Shown here: in pieces, positions 10,874 to 20,201 of the stretch
How positions within the stretch are numbered: the stretch's first letter is position 1
How the letters are laid out: each line of letters begins with the position of its first letter
IMG/VR virus record: IMGVR_UViG_3300048694_000674
Span: 77,394-141,393 of that record
Origin: a virus
Direction: 5' to 3' (one strand)
DNA: 64,000 nt
Program-made: the position numbers and the translations under genes
Notes under the pieces: generated by a model
The model's database searches: none
Told to the model about the DNA's origin: nothing
What the model saw: the letters and a program-made list of their open reading frames with translations, nothing else

Positions 10874-11569
10874 ATGTTTTTTGGTGATGATAAAATTAAA
10901 TTTATGTGCGATCCAAGAATGATAGAGGTAATACCAAAACCTTATCCAGCAAGAAAGTATATTCCAGATTGGTATAAAAAGCTTTCAAACCATTGGATGG
11001 ATAAAGATGGTTATGAAACGCCAACAATCAAAAGATGTCCACCATTCCTTGATGCAATGTCAGCTGGTTGGATTATACCTTTCCCAGCAGACACATACGT
11101 TCAAGTATTTGATGATGGTTCTGGAATAAAATGGAAAACAGATTTCTTTGCTGATACAATTTCAACACATAGTTTGAACCAGATAGAAACTCATCCAAAA
11201 GTTCCTACTGTGCCCGTAAAGGTTTTGAATTACTGGATGATTCAAACTCCTCCAGGATGGTCTTGTGCTTTTGTGCCACCTCTAAATAGACCAGACGATG
11301 TTTTCGATCTATTATCTGGTATTGTTGACACAGATAAAAACTTTTGGGAATATGTAAATTTCCCAGGATTTCTCAAAGCAAAGGAAGGCTCGTTCAAAAT
11401 ACCGAGCGGTCATCCTATGATGCAGGTAATACCATACAAAAGAAACTTCAACAAAGAAGCAGAAGTCAGAGCACTTACTCCAAGAGAAATGCAAAAAGTG
11501 CAGAAACATCGCGATAAACATTCAGCAAATTTTAGTAATTATAGAAACAACATGTGGGAAAAGAAATGA
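10874..11569 (+). CDS. Conserved phage protein (DUF6065-like, tentative)
   Basis: PKPYPARKYIPDWYK, TIKRCPPFLDAM..GW, W.IQTPPGWS, SGIVDTD motifs. Confidence 0.5.
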   Translation: MFFGDDKIKFMCDPRMIEVIPKPYPARKYIPDWYKKLSNHWMDKDGYETPTIKRCPPFLDAMSAGWIIPFPADTYVQVFDDGSGIKWKTDFFADTISTHSLNQIETHPKVPTVPVKVLNYWMIQTPPGWSCAFVPPLNRPDDVFDLLSGIVDTDKNFWEYVNFPGFLKAKEGSFKIPSGHPMMQVIPYKRNFNKEAEVRALTPREMQKVQKHRDKHSANFSNYRNNMWEKK

Positions 11570-12102
11570 TTACAAATCCTCTTTATTGGTCATGGAAAAA
11601 AGAAATACCAGATTCTGTTTGTGATGCTATTATCGAAGAAGGTAAAAAGTTAGAATTGAAAGATGGTCTTGTTGGAGATGAAAAAAAGCTAAACAAATCT
11701 ATCAGAAACTCTCAAATAGGTTGGTTCTCGAATATTACATGGGTTGCTGGTATTATGCGACATTATACTGAAGTTGCAAATAATCAGGCTTGGAATTTTA
11801 AACTAGGATACATACAAAATCCACAGTTTACGATCTATTCAAAAGGTGGATTCTATGGGTTTCATCAGGATTCTAGCGTTGTCAACGATGGTATGCGAAA
11901 ACTGAGCTGCGTAATAACAATAACCAAACCAGATGAGTATGAGGGCGGCGAATTTGAGTTTGAAGACGGTACAGTTCCAGATATTAAGGAAAGAGGGTCT
12001 ATTATTGTATTCCCATCATTCCTTCGTCATAGAGTAAGCCCAGTTACTTCAGGAACAAGGTATTCATTGGTCTCTTGGTATGAAGGTCCGAAGTTTATAT
12101 AA
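11566..12102 (+). CDS. 2OG-Fe(II) oxygenase (prolyl-hydroxylase/PKHD-like)
   Basis: HQD, RKLS, YEGGEF, FPSFLRHRVSPVTSGTRYSLVSW. Confidence 0.9.
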   Translation: MITNPLYWSWKKEIPDSVCDAIIEEGKKLELKDGLVGDEKKLNKSIRNSQIGWFSNITWVAGIMRHYTEVANNQAWNFKLGYIQNPQFTIYSKGGFYGFHQDSSVVNDGMRKLSCVITITKPDEYEGGEFEFEDGTVPDIKERGSIIVFPSFLRHRVSPVTSGTRYSLVSWYEGPKFI

Positions 12103-12133
12103 ATACAAATAAACACTAATAATAGGGTCCAAA

Positions 12134-12871
12134 ATGGCTGTTCCAAGAACCAGAGATGAATTCAAGACATATTGCCTTCGTAGATTAGGAGCTCCTGTTA
12201 TTGAAATTAACGTCGATGATGATCAGGTCGATGATCGTGTGGACGAAGCTATTCGCTATTATTGGGACTATCATTTTGATGGCGCAGAAAAGGTTTACTA
12301 CAAGTACAAAGTAAACGCTGTTGACATAACAAACAGATATATCACAATGCCAGACAACATCATCGGCGTTGTCAATCTATTCCCTATCGGTCAGGCTCTC
12401 AATACAAACAATCTGTTTAATATTCGTTATCAAATTGCATTGAACGATCTTTATACTTTGACATCAGTTTCGATGGTACCATACTATATGGCGCTTACTC
12501 ATGTTCAGTTTCTTGAACAGTTTCTTGTTGGCCAGCAGCCACTCCGCTATAACAGAATGATCAATAAGTTGTATATCGATATGGACTGGACAATCATCAA
12601 TGAAGGCGATTATCTAATCGTCGAAGCATATCAGGTTGTTGATCCAGCTGTTTATCCAAAAGCATTTGGCGAACGCCTACTACAGAACTATGCTTCTGCG
12701 TTGATCAAAGAACAGTGGGGAACGAATTTAAAGAAATTTGGTGGTATGCAACTTCCAGGTGGAATTACATTTAATGGCCAACAAATATATGATGAAGGTC
12801 ATAATGAAAGATTAGAAATTGAGAAACAAATCTATGATAGCAGCCTACCAATTACAGATATGATAGGCTAA
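12134..12871 (+). CDS. gp13: Neck protein gp13
   Basis: YCLRRLGAPVIEINVDDDQ, QWGTNLKKFGGMQLPGG. Confidence 0.95.
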   Translation: MAVPRTRDEFKTYCLRRLGAPVIEINVDDDQVDDRVDEAIRYYWDYHFDGAEKVYYKYKVNAVDITNRYITMPDNIIGVVNLFPIGQALNTNNLFNIRYQIALNDLYTLTSVSMVPYYMALTHVQFLEQFLVGQQPLRYNRMINKLYIDMDWTIINEGDYLIVEAYQVVDPAVYPKAFGERLLQNYASALIKEQWGTNLKKFGGMQLPGGITFNGQQIYDEGHNERLEIEKQIYDSSLPITDMIG

Positions 12872-12873
12872 TT

Positions 12874-13596
12874 ATGGCAACCAATTTCTACTTCAATAAT
12901 TTTAAGCAGTCACAAGAACAAAACCTGCTTGAAAATTTGATCATTGAAGCGATCCGTATATATGGTGAGGATATGTATTATATCCCACGTAATATTAATA
13001 ATCTAGATCAGCTCTATACAGCCGACGATCAATCATCATATACACAAACATTCATGCTTGAGTTCTATATCAAGTCCGTTGATGGTTTTTCTGGTGATGG
13101 TAACTTCATGTCTAAGTTTGGTCTTGAGATTCGCGATCAGGTTGTATTCTCTGTCGCACAAAAAGTATTCAATCAGGAGATTGGTTCCTATACTACATTG
13201 ACAAGACCACGTGAAGGTGATCTAATATTCTTTCCACTGAACAACAAATGTTTTCAGATCAAGTATGTAAATAAGTTTGAGATGTTTTATCAGTTAGGCG
13301 CATTACAGACATGGGAAATGACTTGTGAATTGTTCGAGTATTCTAACGAAGTATTCAATACAGGTATACCAGAGATCGACGCTATTCAGACTAATTTCAG
13401 TACCAACATAATTGATTATAGCGTAAAAGACGAACAAGGTCAAGCACTTTTAGACGAAGAAGGAAATTATATTGTTATGGAGCAATATGATTTAGCAACA
13501 ATTATTGGTACTGGCGAGAATGATATTATTCAACAAGAATCAGATCAATTTGTTGACTTTACGGTTCAGGATCCATTTAGCGAGGGTCATGTGTAA
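12874..13596 (+). CDS. gp14: Neck protein gp14
   Basis: EQNLLENLIIEAI..YG.D.YYIPR, RPREGDLIFFP, CELFEYS. Confidence 0.95.
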   Translation: MATNFYFNNFKQSQEQNLLENLIIEAIRIYGEDMYYIPRNINNLDQLYTADDQSSYTQTFMLEFYIKSVDGFSGDGNFMSKFGLEIRDQVVFSVAQKVFNQEIGSYTTLTRPREGDLIFFPLNNKCFQIKYVNKFEMFYQLGALQTWEMTCELFEYSNEVFNTGIPEIDAIQTNFSTNIIDYSVKDEQGQALLDEEGNYIVMEQYDLATIIGTGENDIIQQESDQFVDFTVQDPFSEGHV

Positions 13597-14174
13597 TGTA
13601 CACATATTTAATTGGATGGAGCGATAAAAATATATTTTATTATGGTGTTCGTTATGCAAAAAAATCTGATCCAAACGAATTGTGGAAAACATATTTTACT
13701 TCTTCAAAATATGTAAAATCATTTAGAGAAAAAAATGGCGATCCAGACATAATTCAAATAAGAAAAACATTCAATGATAAAAAAGCAGCTATATTGTGGG
13801 AACATAAAGTTCTCAAAAGATTAAATGTGGTAAAGGATGAAAAATGGTTAAATAAAACAGATAATTTCGCAATCGATTACACATCATCAAAAAGAAATAC
13901 AATTCCTGGTATGTTAGCTTCGAAGAAAAAAATTAAAGGTAAAACTTACGAAGAACTTTATGGTCTTGAAAAGGCTGCATTTTTAAAAGAAAGATCAAAA
14001 GGAATTATGGAAGAGAATTGGAATAACCAAGAAACAAGATTAAAAATGTCAAAAAAACCTTCTGATACTTCGAAATATAAAGAAGCTGCATTGAAAAGAT
14101 GGGCTAACAAAGAACAACGCGAAAAGCTTTGTGCTAGTATGCGTGGTGTTTCTAAAAAGTCCAAGGAGGTGTAA
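13596..14174 (+). mobile_element. Free-standing GIY-YIG-like (Seg-type) homing endonuclease
   Basis: YTYLIGW....YYGVR...YFTSS...WEHKVL..LN; KGKTYEELYG DNA-binding motif; sits between gp14 and gp15. Confidence 0.8.
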
Positions 14175-14175
14175 C

Positions 14176-15015
14176 ATTTTCGGGCATAATTTTTACTACC
14201 AAACGATTCGTAAATACGTTGCGCTATTTGGCACATTATTCAACGATATTCATATCTCAAGAACAGATAAGAATGGGAATCTTGTTGCATATATGAAGGT
14301 TCCAATTACCTACTCAGCAAAAGATAAAATGCTGGCGCGTATTCAACAGGATCCTAATATTGACCGACCAACAGCAACGATACCACTTCCTCTTATGACA
14401 TTTGAGCTTACATCAACAACATATGATGGCGATCGTAAGTTACCAACTATCAATAGATCAGCTACCAAGAATGCAAACAACAGCAATATTGTAAATTATC
14501 AATACAATCCTGTGCCATATAATTTTGGATTCCGACTGAATATTCTTGTTAAAAATGCAGAAGATGGTACAAAAATTGTTGAACAGATCCTCCCATTCTT
14601 TACACCAGACTTCACTGTCACGGTTCAACTAATACCTCAGATGAACGAATTGAAAGATATTCCTGTTATCCTCAACAGTATTTCACATGAAGATACGTAC
14701 AGCGGCGACCTAAAAGAAAGACAGACTCTAACATGGACTCTTGACTTTACATTGAAGGGTTATCTGTATGGTCCAATCAAAACATCGAAGATTATCAAGT
14801 ATGCAAACGTATATTTCTATACACCATCTGTTCCAGATGGTCAGTTAGTAGCAGCTGTTGGGAATACAGCAAATGTTTCATATATACATATACAGCCAGG
14901 ATTAACAGCAAATGGTATGCCAACATCAAATGCTGCTTTATCAATACCTGTAGCTGACATTAATATAACTGATGATTTTGGATATGTAATAGAGAAGGTA
15001 GATGCCCCAGAATAA
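14176..15015 (+). CDS. gp15: Tail sheath stabiliser/completion protein gp15 (probable ATT start)
   Basis: FGHNFYYQTIRKYVALFGTLFNDI, VPYNFGF.L.I, EQILPFFTP; AAGGAGGT 5 nt upstream of ATT. Confidence 0.9.
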   Translation: MFGHNFYYQTIRKYVALFGTLFNDIHISRTDKNGNLVAYMKVPITYSAKDKMLARIQQDPNIDRPTATIPLPLMTFELTSTTYDGDRKLPTINRSATKNANNSNIVNYQYNPVPYNFGFRLNILVKNAEDGTKIVEQILPFFTPDFTVTVQLIPQMNELKDIPVILNSISHEDTYSGDLKERQTLTWTLDFTLKGYLYGPIKTSKIIKYANVYFYTPSVPDGQLVAAVGNTANVSYIHIQPGLTANGMPTSNAALSIPVADINITDDFGYVIEKVDAPE

Positions 15016-15424
15016 TAATGATCCTATTGGTAAGGCGCTTAATCTCGCACCAATAACAACTGAGAATGCTGTCAAGTCTATAGTCGCCAAAGCGCATGAC
15101 GATTCAGCTAAAAATGATTTCGAAATGGCTCGTTCAAATATACATGAGGTCATTCAGAATGGCGTCAATGCAATGGAAAAACTATCACAGATTGCTGACA
15201 GCAGCCAACATCCAAGAGCATTCGAAGTTCTAGCAAAGCTTATGGAAACAATGCTTCAGGCGAATAAAGATTTACTTGCGCTTCAAAAAGATATTCGTGA
15301 GATAGATGCTAAAGACACACCAACAAACGAACAAGCAAAGTCAGTTACCAATAACCTTTTCGTAGGATCAACAGCAGATCTCCAAAAAGCAATAGAAAAT
15401 ATGAAAAATGGAAATAGATCTTAG
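15002..15424 (+). CDS. gp16: Terminase small subunit gp16
   Basis: HPRAFEV, NNLFVGSTADL. Confidence 0.9.
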   Translation: MPQNNNDPIGKALNLAPITTENAVKSIVAKAHDDSAKNDFEMARSNIHEVIQNGVNAMEKLSQIADSSQHPRAFEVLAKLMETMLQANKDLLALQKDIREIDAKDTPTNEQAKSVTNNLFVGSTADLQKAIENMKNGNRS

Positions 15425-17057
15425 TAGTCTAAAAGGTTATAATGGTAATCTTCTATTAAAAAGATCCAATCAGAATATTGAATGGACTCCTGAATTAGTT
15501 GAAGAATATGTCAAATGTTCCAACGATGTAATATACTTCACAGAAAAGTATATGAAAATCATCAACATTGACAAAGGTCTAGTTAGCTTTACACTCTACG
15601 AATATCAAAAAGAAATGCTCCAGTCGATGCAGGAGAATCGTTTTACGATTATTGCTACTGCTCGTCAGGCTGGTAAGTCGACTGTAACCTGCGCATTTAT
15701 ATTGTGGTATATCATTTTCCATGCTGAAAAAACTGTTGCGTTGCTGGCTAACAAAGGCGAAACAGCGAGAGAAATTCTTGGTCGTGTTCAGCTAGCATAT
15801 CAACACCTACCTAAATGGCTGCAACAGGGCGTTAAAGAATGGAACAAGGGTTCTATGGAACTCGAAAACAACAGCCGTGTTCTTGCTGCAGCTACATCAT
15901 CAGATGCCATTCGTGGTTATTCTATTAATCTTCTGTTTATCGACGAAGCTGCATTTATTGAGAACTGGGATACGTTTTTTACATCAGTTTATCCTACAAT
16001 TTCTTCTGGTAAAGAATCTAAGATTGTTCTTGTTTCCACACCAAACGGATTGAACCATTTTTATTCATTGTGGATCAATGCCAAAGAAGGAAGAAACGGA
16101 TACAACCCAATACAAGTAACATTCGATAAAGTTCCTGGACGCGATGAAAAGTGGAAACAAGAAACACTAGCTTCAATGAATTTCGATATTCCTAAGTTCG
16201 AACAGGAATACTGCGTCGAATTTATGGGTAGCTCTGGTACTCTTATTGCTGGCTGGAAACTAAAGGAGCTCGTTCATCAAACACCAATAACGCATAAAGA
16301 AGGGCTGTCACAATATTTCCAGCCAAAGGAAAGACATGTCTATGTTACTGTTTGTGACGTTTCCAGAGGTAAGGGACTAGACTATTCAGCATTTCACGTA
16401 ATAGATGTTACCTCTATGCCATACGTTCAGGTTTGTTCATATAGAAGCAATACAATAACACCAGTAGATTATGCGGCTGTTATTTTCAGAGTTTCAAAGG
16501 CATATAACAATGCTTCTGTTCTTGTTGAAATTAACGATATCGGCGAGCAGGTAAGCAGCTCTCTTCATTATGATTTCGAGTATGAGTATGTTCTGTTTAC
16601 TGAAAATGCAGGTAGAGCTGGTAAACGTGTCTCCGCTGGTTTCGGTGGCGGTAGCGTAGATAAAGGTATCCGTACAACAAAACAGGTCAAAGCAACAGGC
16701 TGTGCTATTCTAAAACTGCTGATCGAACAGAATCAGCTGGTAATAAACGACTTCCATACTATAGAAGAACTGGCTACGTTTTCTCGAAAGAAAAATAGCT
16801 ATGAAGCGGAGGAAGGTAAACATGATGATATGGTTATGCCTTTGGTATTGTTTGCTTGGTTATCAGACCAGCAATACTTCAAAGACTACACCGATATAAA
16901 TACCTTATTAAAGCTCCGAGAAAAAACTGAGGAAGACGTCCTCAATGACCTTTCTCCTTTTGGATTTGTTGATGATGGTCGAGGCGATTTTATAGATGAT
17001 CTCGACTTGCCCCCATCAGGTAATTGGATGTTTGGAGTAGAAAATGAAAAATTATAA
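15408..17057 (+). CDS. gp17: Terminase large subunit gp17
   Basis: RQAGKST Walker A, LLFIDEAAF Walker B, DVSRG.G.DYS, HDDMVM. Confidence 0.97.
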   Translation: MEIDLSSLKGYNGNLLLKRSNQNIEWTPELVEEYVKCSNDVIYFTEKYMKIINIDKGLVSFTLYEYQKEMLQSMQENRFTIIATARQAGKSTVTCAFILWYIIFHAEKTVALLANKGETAREILGRVQLAYQHLPKWLQQGVKEWNKGSMELENNSRVLAAATSSDAIRGYSINLLFIDEAAFIENWDTFFTSVYPTISSGKESKIVLVSTPNGLNHFYSLWINAKEGRNGYNPIQVTFDKVPGRDEKWKQETLASMNFDIPKFEQEYCVEFMGSSGTLIAGWKLKELVHQTPITHKEGLSQYFQPKERHVYVTVCDVSRGKGLDYSAFHVIDVTSMPYVQVCSYRSNTITPVDYAAVIFRVSKAYNNASVLVEINDIGEQVSSSLHYDFEYEYVLFTENAGRAGKRVSAGFGGGSVDKGIRTTKQVKATGCAILKLLIEQNQLVINDFHTIEELATFSRKKNSYEAEEGKHDDMVMPLVLFAWLSDQQYFKDYTDINTLLKLREKTEEDVLNDLSPFGFVDDGRGDFIDDLDLPPSGNWMFGVENEKL

Positions 17058-17104
17058 ATAATTTGTAGAATTACAAATACCTTTTCTATGGAAGGAGAGT
17101 CCAA

Positions 17105-19489
17105 ATGCCATTTCAACTTAGTCCAGGCGTAAACATCACTGAAATCGACCTGACAACAATTGTTCCTGCAGTTGCCACATCAACTGGCGCTATTGCAGGT
17201 GTTTTCAATTGGGGTCCGATCGGTGAACGTGTTCTGATTGATTCAGAAACTGCGCTATTAAATACTTTCGGTAAGCCAAATGCTAACAACGCAGAAACAT
17301 GGTTCACTGCAGCTAACTTCTTGGGCTATACAAATAGCCTTTATGTAGTTCGTGCTGCTAACACAACTGCAACAGAAGCTAATACCGTTTCTGCAAAGAA
17401 CTCATATGCTAACGTAGGTTCGGTTTCAAACGGCGCTATCGTTCTCAATAACAACGACTTTGCTGCAAAAGACGGTACATTCGATACAGACATTCTATTC
17501 GCTTCTCGTTATCCAGGCGATATTGGTAACTCACTAGAAATTTCTGTTTGCGATACAGCAAATGCATATTCTTCAAATATTGAGTTAATCTCCTCAACAG
17601 CTGCTGTATTCAACCTACAGGCTAATGCTACTGGTGTTGATACTACATCAAATACTATCCTTCTTGTAAATGCTAACACAAAGGTAGAAGTTGGCTCAAG
17701 ACTCGTTTATACAGTTCCAGCTGGTAACACCGCAATCGGCGGTCTAAACGGTGGTTCGGTTTATTACGTTTCATTCGTTAACAGCTCTGCTTTTGCCCTT
17801 ACAACAAGTCCAGGTGGTCCAAACGTAAATATCACAGAATCAAGAACTGGTGTTGCTGAAACTCACACTGTTTCTAACTTCCAGGACACAAAGGCTACTT
17901 TCTCAATTACTATTGGTTCTCGTTTCGCAACAGTAGCTGCTACATCAACTAGCGGTAACGTAACTGCCGCAAACGCATTGCTTACTTCTGTATTGGGCGG
18001 TCTAACTGTTGGCGATAATGTTACACTCGGTAACAGCTCAATTGGTATTCAGTACAATACTATTAGATCCATAACAAATAGCTCAAACGCTACTGTATCA
18101 ACTGGCACAGTAGTATTCGATAACATCTATAGCCTAAGCAAAGACTTTGTTGCTAATACATCAGAGAACGGTACAGCAACATCTGTTCTAATCAATCGTA
18201 AATGGGCATATTTCAATGTAATCGAAAGTGCTCCAACAACATCAGAATATGTTTCTGGATTTGGAAACTCATCTGCTGTTGATACAATGAGCATCGTTGT
18301 TGTTGACCAGGACGGTCGTTTCACTGGCACTCCAGGCGCTCTTCTTGAAACATACGTAAATGTTTCACGTGCGAAAGATGCTAAGACAGTTGGCGGTCAA
18401 ACAAACTACTACAGAAACTTGATCAATAACAGTTCAAGATACATCTGGGCTATCAATGATCGCTCAAATGCTGCTTCAAACACTGCAATGAATATTGCTT
18501 CTTCAACTAACTATACACCTCTAACACTTTCGTTCGTTGGTGGTGCTGATGGTTATACAGAATCAACTGTTCCTCTATCAGTAATTACAAGCGGCTATCA
18601 GTTGTTTGCTTCTCCTGAAGATGTTGATGTTTCTCTCATCCTTCAAGGTAAGCCAATCAGCGGTTCTACTTCATCTGGTGGATTCACAGTTGGCAACTTC
18701 CAGCTAGCAAATTATCTAATCGATAACATTGCTGACGTAAGAAAAGACTGCGTTGTATTCCTTACTCCAGATGACGCTATTACAACAGGTAATGTCGGTA
18801 ACGAATCTTCAGCAATTGTTGCTTGGAGAAACGTAATTCACGATAGCTCATATGCTGTAATGGACTCTGGCTACAAGTATATGTACGATCGTTACAACGA
18901 CCTATATCGCTATGTACCAACAAACGGCGACGTAGCTGGTCTTTGCGCTCGTACTGACTCACAGCGCGACCCATGGTGGTCACCAGCTGGTCTAAATCGT
19001 GGTCAGATCAGAAACGTAGTAAAAATGCGTTACAATCCAGGCAAGTCAGCAAGAGACAACCTTTACAAGAATGGTGTCAACCCAGTTGTATCATTCCCAG
19101 GAGAAGGAACTGTTCTTTATGGCGATAAGACTCTTCAGTCTAAGCCATCAGCATTCGATCGTATCAATGTTCGTCGTCTGTTTATTGTTCTGGAGAAAGC
19201 AATTGCAACTGCTTCTAAGTTCACTCTATTCGAGTTCAACGATGAGTTTACAAGAGCGCAGTTCAAGAACTTGATCACTCCTTATCTTCGTGACATTCAG
19301 GGTCGTCGTGGTATCACTGACTTCTTGGTTGTTTGCGATAACACAAACAATACGCCTCAGGTGATCGATTCGAATCAGTTCGTCGGTGATATCTATATTA
19401 AGCCAGCTCGTTCAATCAACTTCATTCAGCTTAACTTTGTTGCTGTCGCTACAGGTGTTCAGTTCTCTGAAGTTGTTGGCAAGTTCTAA
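17105..19489 (+). CDS. gp18: Tail sheath protein gp18 (with extra inserted domain)
   Basis: LSPGVNITEID, PWWSPAG.NRG, FDRINVRRLF, KPARSINFI.LNF. Confidence 0.97.
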   Translation: MPFQLSPGVNITEIDLTTIVPAVATSTGAIAGVFNWGPIGERVLIDSETALLNTFGKPNANNAETWFTAANFLGYTNSLYVVRAANTTATEANTVSAKNSYANVGSVSNGAIVLNNNDFAAKDGTFDTDILFASRYPGDIGNSLEISVCDTANAYSSNIELISSTAAVFNLQANATGVDTTSNTILLVNANTKVEVGSRLVYTVPAGNTAIGGLNGGSVYYVSFVNSSAFALTTSPGGPNVNITESRTGVAETHTVSNFQDTKATFSITIGSRFATVAATSTSGNVTAANALLTSVLGGLTVGDNVTLGNSSIGIQYNTIRSITNSSNATVSTGTVVFDNIYSLSKDFVANTSENGTATSVLINRKWAYFNVIESAPTTSEYVSGFGNSSAVDTMSIVVVDQDGRFTGTPGALLETYVNVSRAKDAKTVGGQTNYYRNLINNSSRYIWAINDRSNAASNTAMNIASSTNYTPLTLSFVGGADGYTESTVPLSVITSGYQLFASPEDVDVSLILQGKPISGSTSSGGFTVGNFQLANYLIDNIADVRKDCVVFLTPDDAITTGNVGNESSAIVAWRNVIHDSSYAVMDSGYKYMYDRYNDLYRYVPTNGDVAGLCARTDSQRDPWWSPAGLNRGQIRNVVKMRYNPGKSARDNLYKNGVNPVVSFPGEGTVLYGDKTLQSKPSAFDRINVRRLFIVLEKAIATASKFTLFEFNDEFTRAQFKNLITPYLRDIQGRRGITDFLVVCDNTNNTPQVIDSNQFVGDIYIKPARSINFIQLNFVAVATGVQFSEVVGKF

Positions 19490-19522
19490 TAAATAGATAA
19501 AACTCGAAAGGGAGTATAATAA

Positions 19523-20119
19523 ATGGCTTCAGGTTTCAATATTAGCACTTTTAAGTCAAGAGGTCTAACTCTTGGCGGTGCTCGTCCTTCGCTGTTCGAA
19601 GTGTACTTGTCAATTCCACCATTCGTTGCGGCAGATACTGGATCGGATACCAAATTCCGATTCACCTGCCGTGCGGCACAACTACCAGCTGCTACAGTTA
19701 GCGCGATCGATGTAAATTACTTCGGTCGTCCTATTAAATTTGCTGGCGATAGAACATTTGCTGATTGGACAGTAACAGTAATGAACGACGAAGATTTCCT
19801 CGTTCGCTCAATGTTCGAAAAGTGGTCAAATGCTCTAAACAAGCTACAGGCTAACGTTCGTCAGGCTTATGGTTCAGAAAACGACTATAAGGCAACATTG
19901 AATGTTCTCCAATATTCAAAGTCTGGTAATCTAATCCGTGGTTACGATATTATTGGTGCTTTCCCAACAACAGTTGATTCTATCGACCTAAATTGGGATG
20001 CAACAAACCAGATCGAAACATTCGGTGTTACATTCTCTTATGATTATTGGTTGCCAACTGATGGTACAGAGCTAAGAAATGCTTATCTTGGTTCTGCAAC
20101 ATCGCCTGTTTCAACTTAA
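19523..20119 (+). CDS. gp19: Tail tube protein gp19
   Basis: GGARPSLFEV, AGDRTFADWTVTVMNDEDF. Confidence 0.95.
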   Translation: MASGFNISTFKSRGLTLGGARPSLFEVYLSIPPFVAADTGSDTKFRFTCRAAQLPAATVSAIDVNYFGRPIKFAGDRTFADWTVTVMNDEDFLVRSMFEKWSNALNKLQANVRQAYGSENDYKATLNVLQYSKSGNLIRGYDIIGAFPTTVDSIDLNWDATNQIETFGVTFSYDYWLPTDGTELRNAYLGSATSPVST

Positions 20120-20201
20120 TATATATGATGATAGCCTCTTTTAGATTAATGTAATTTTAGAGAGGGGCTACCCAGCCCCTCATCTATTTGAAGGAACAAA
20201 A

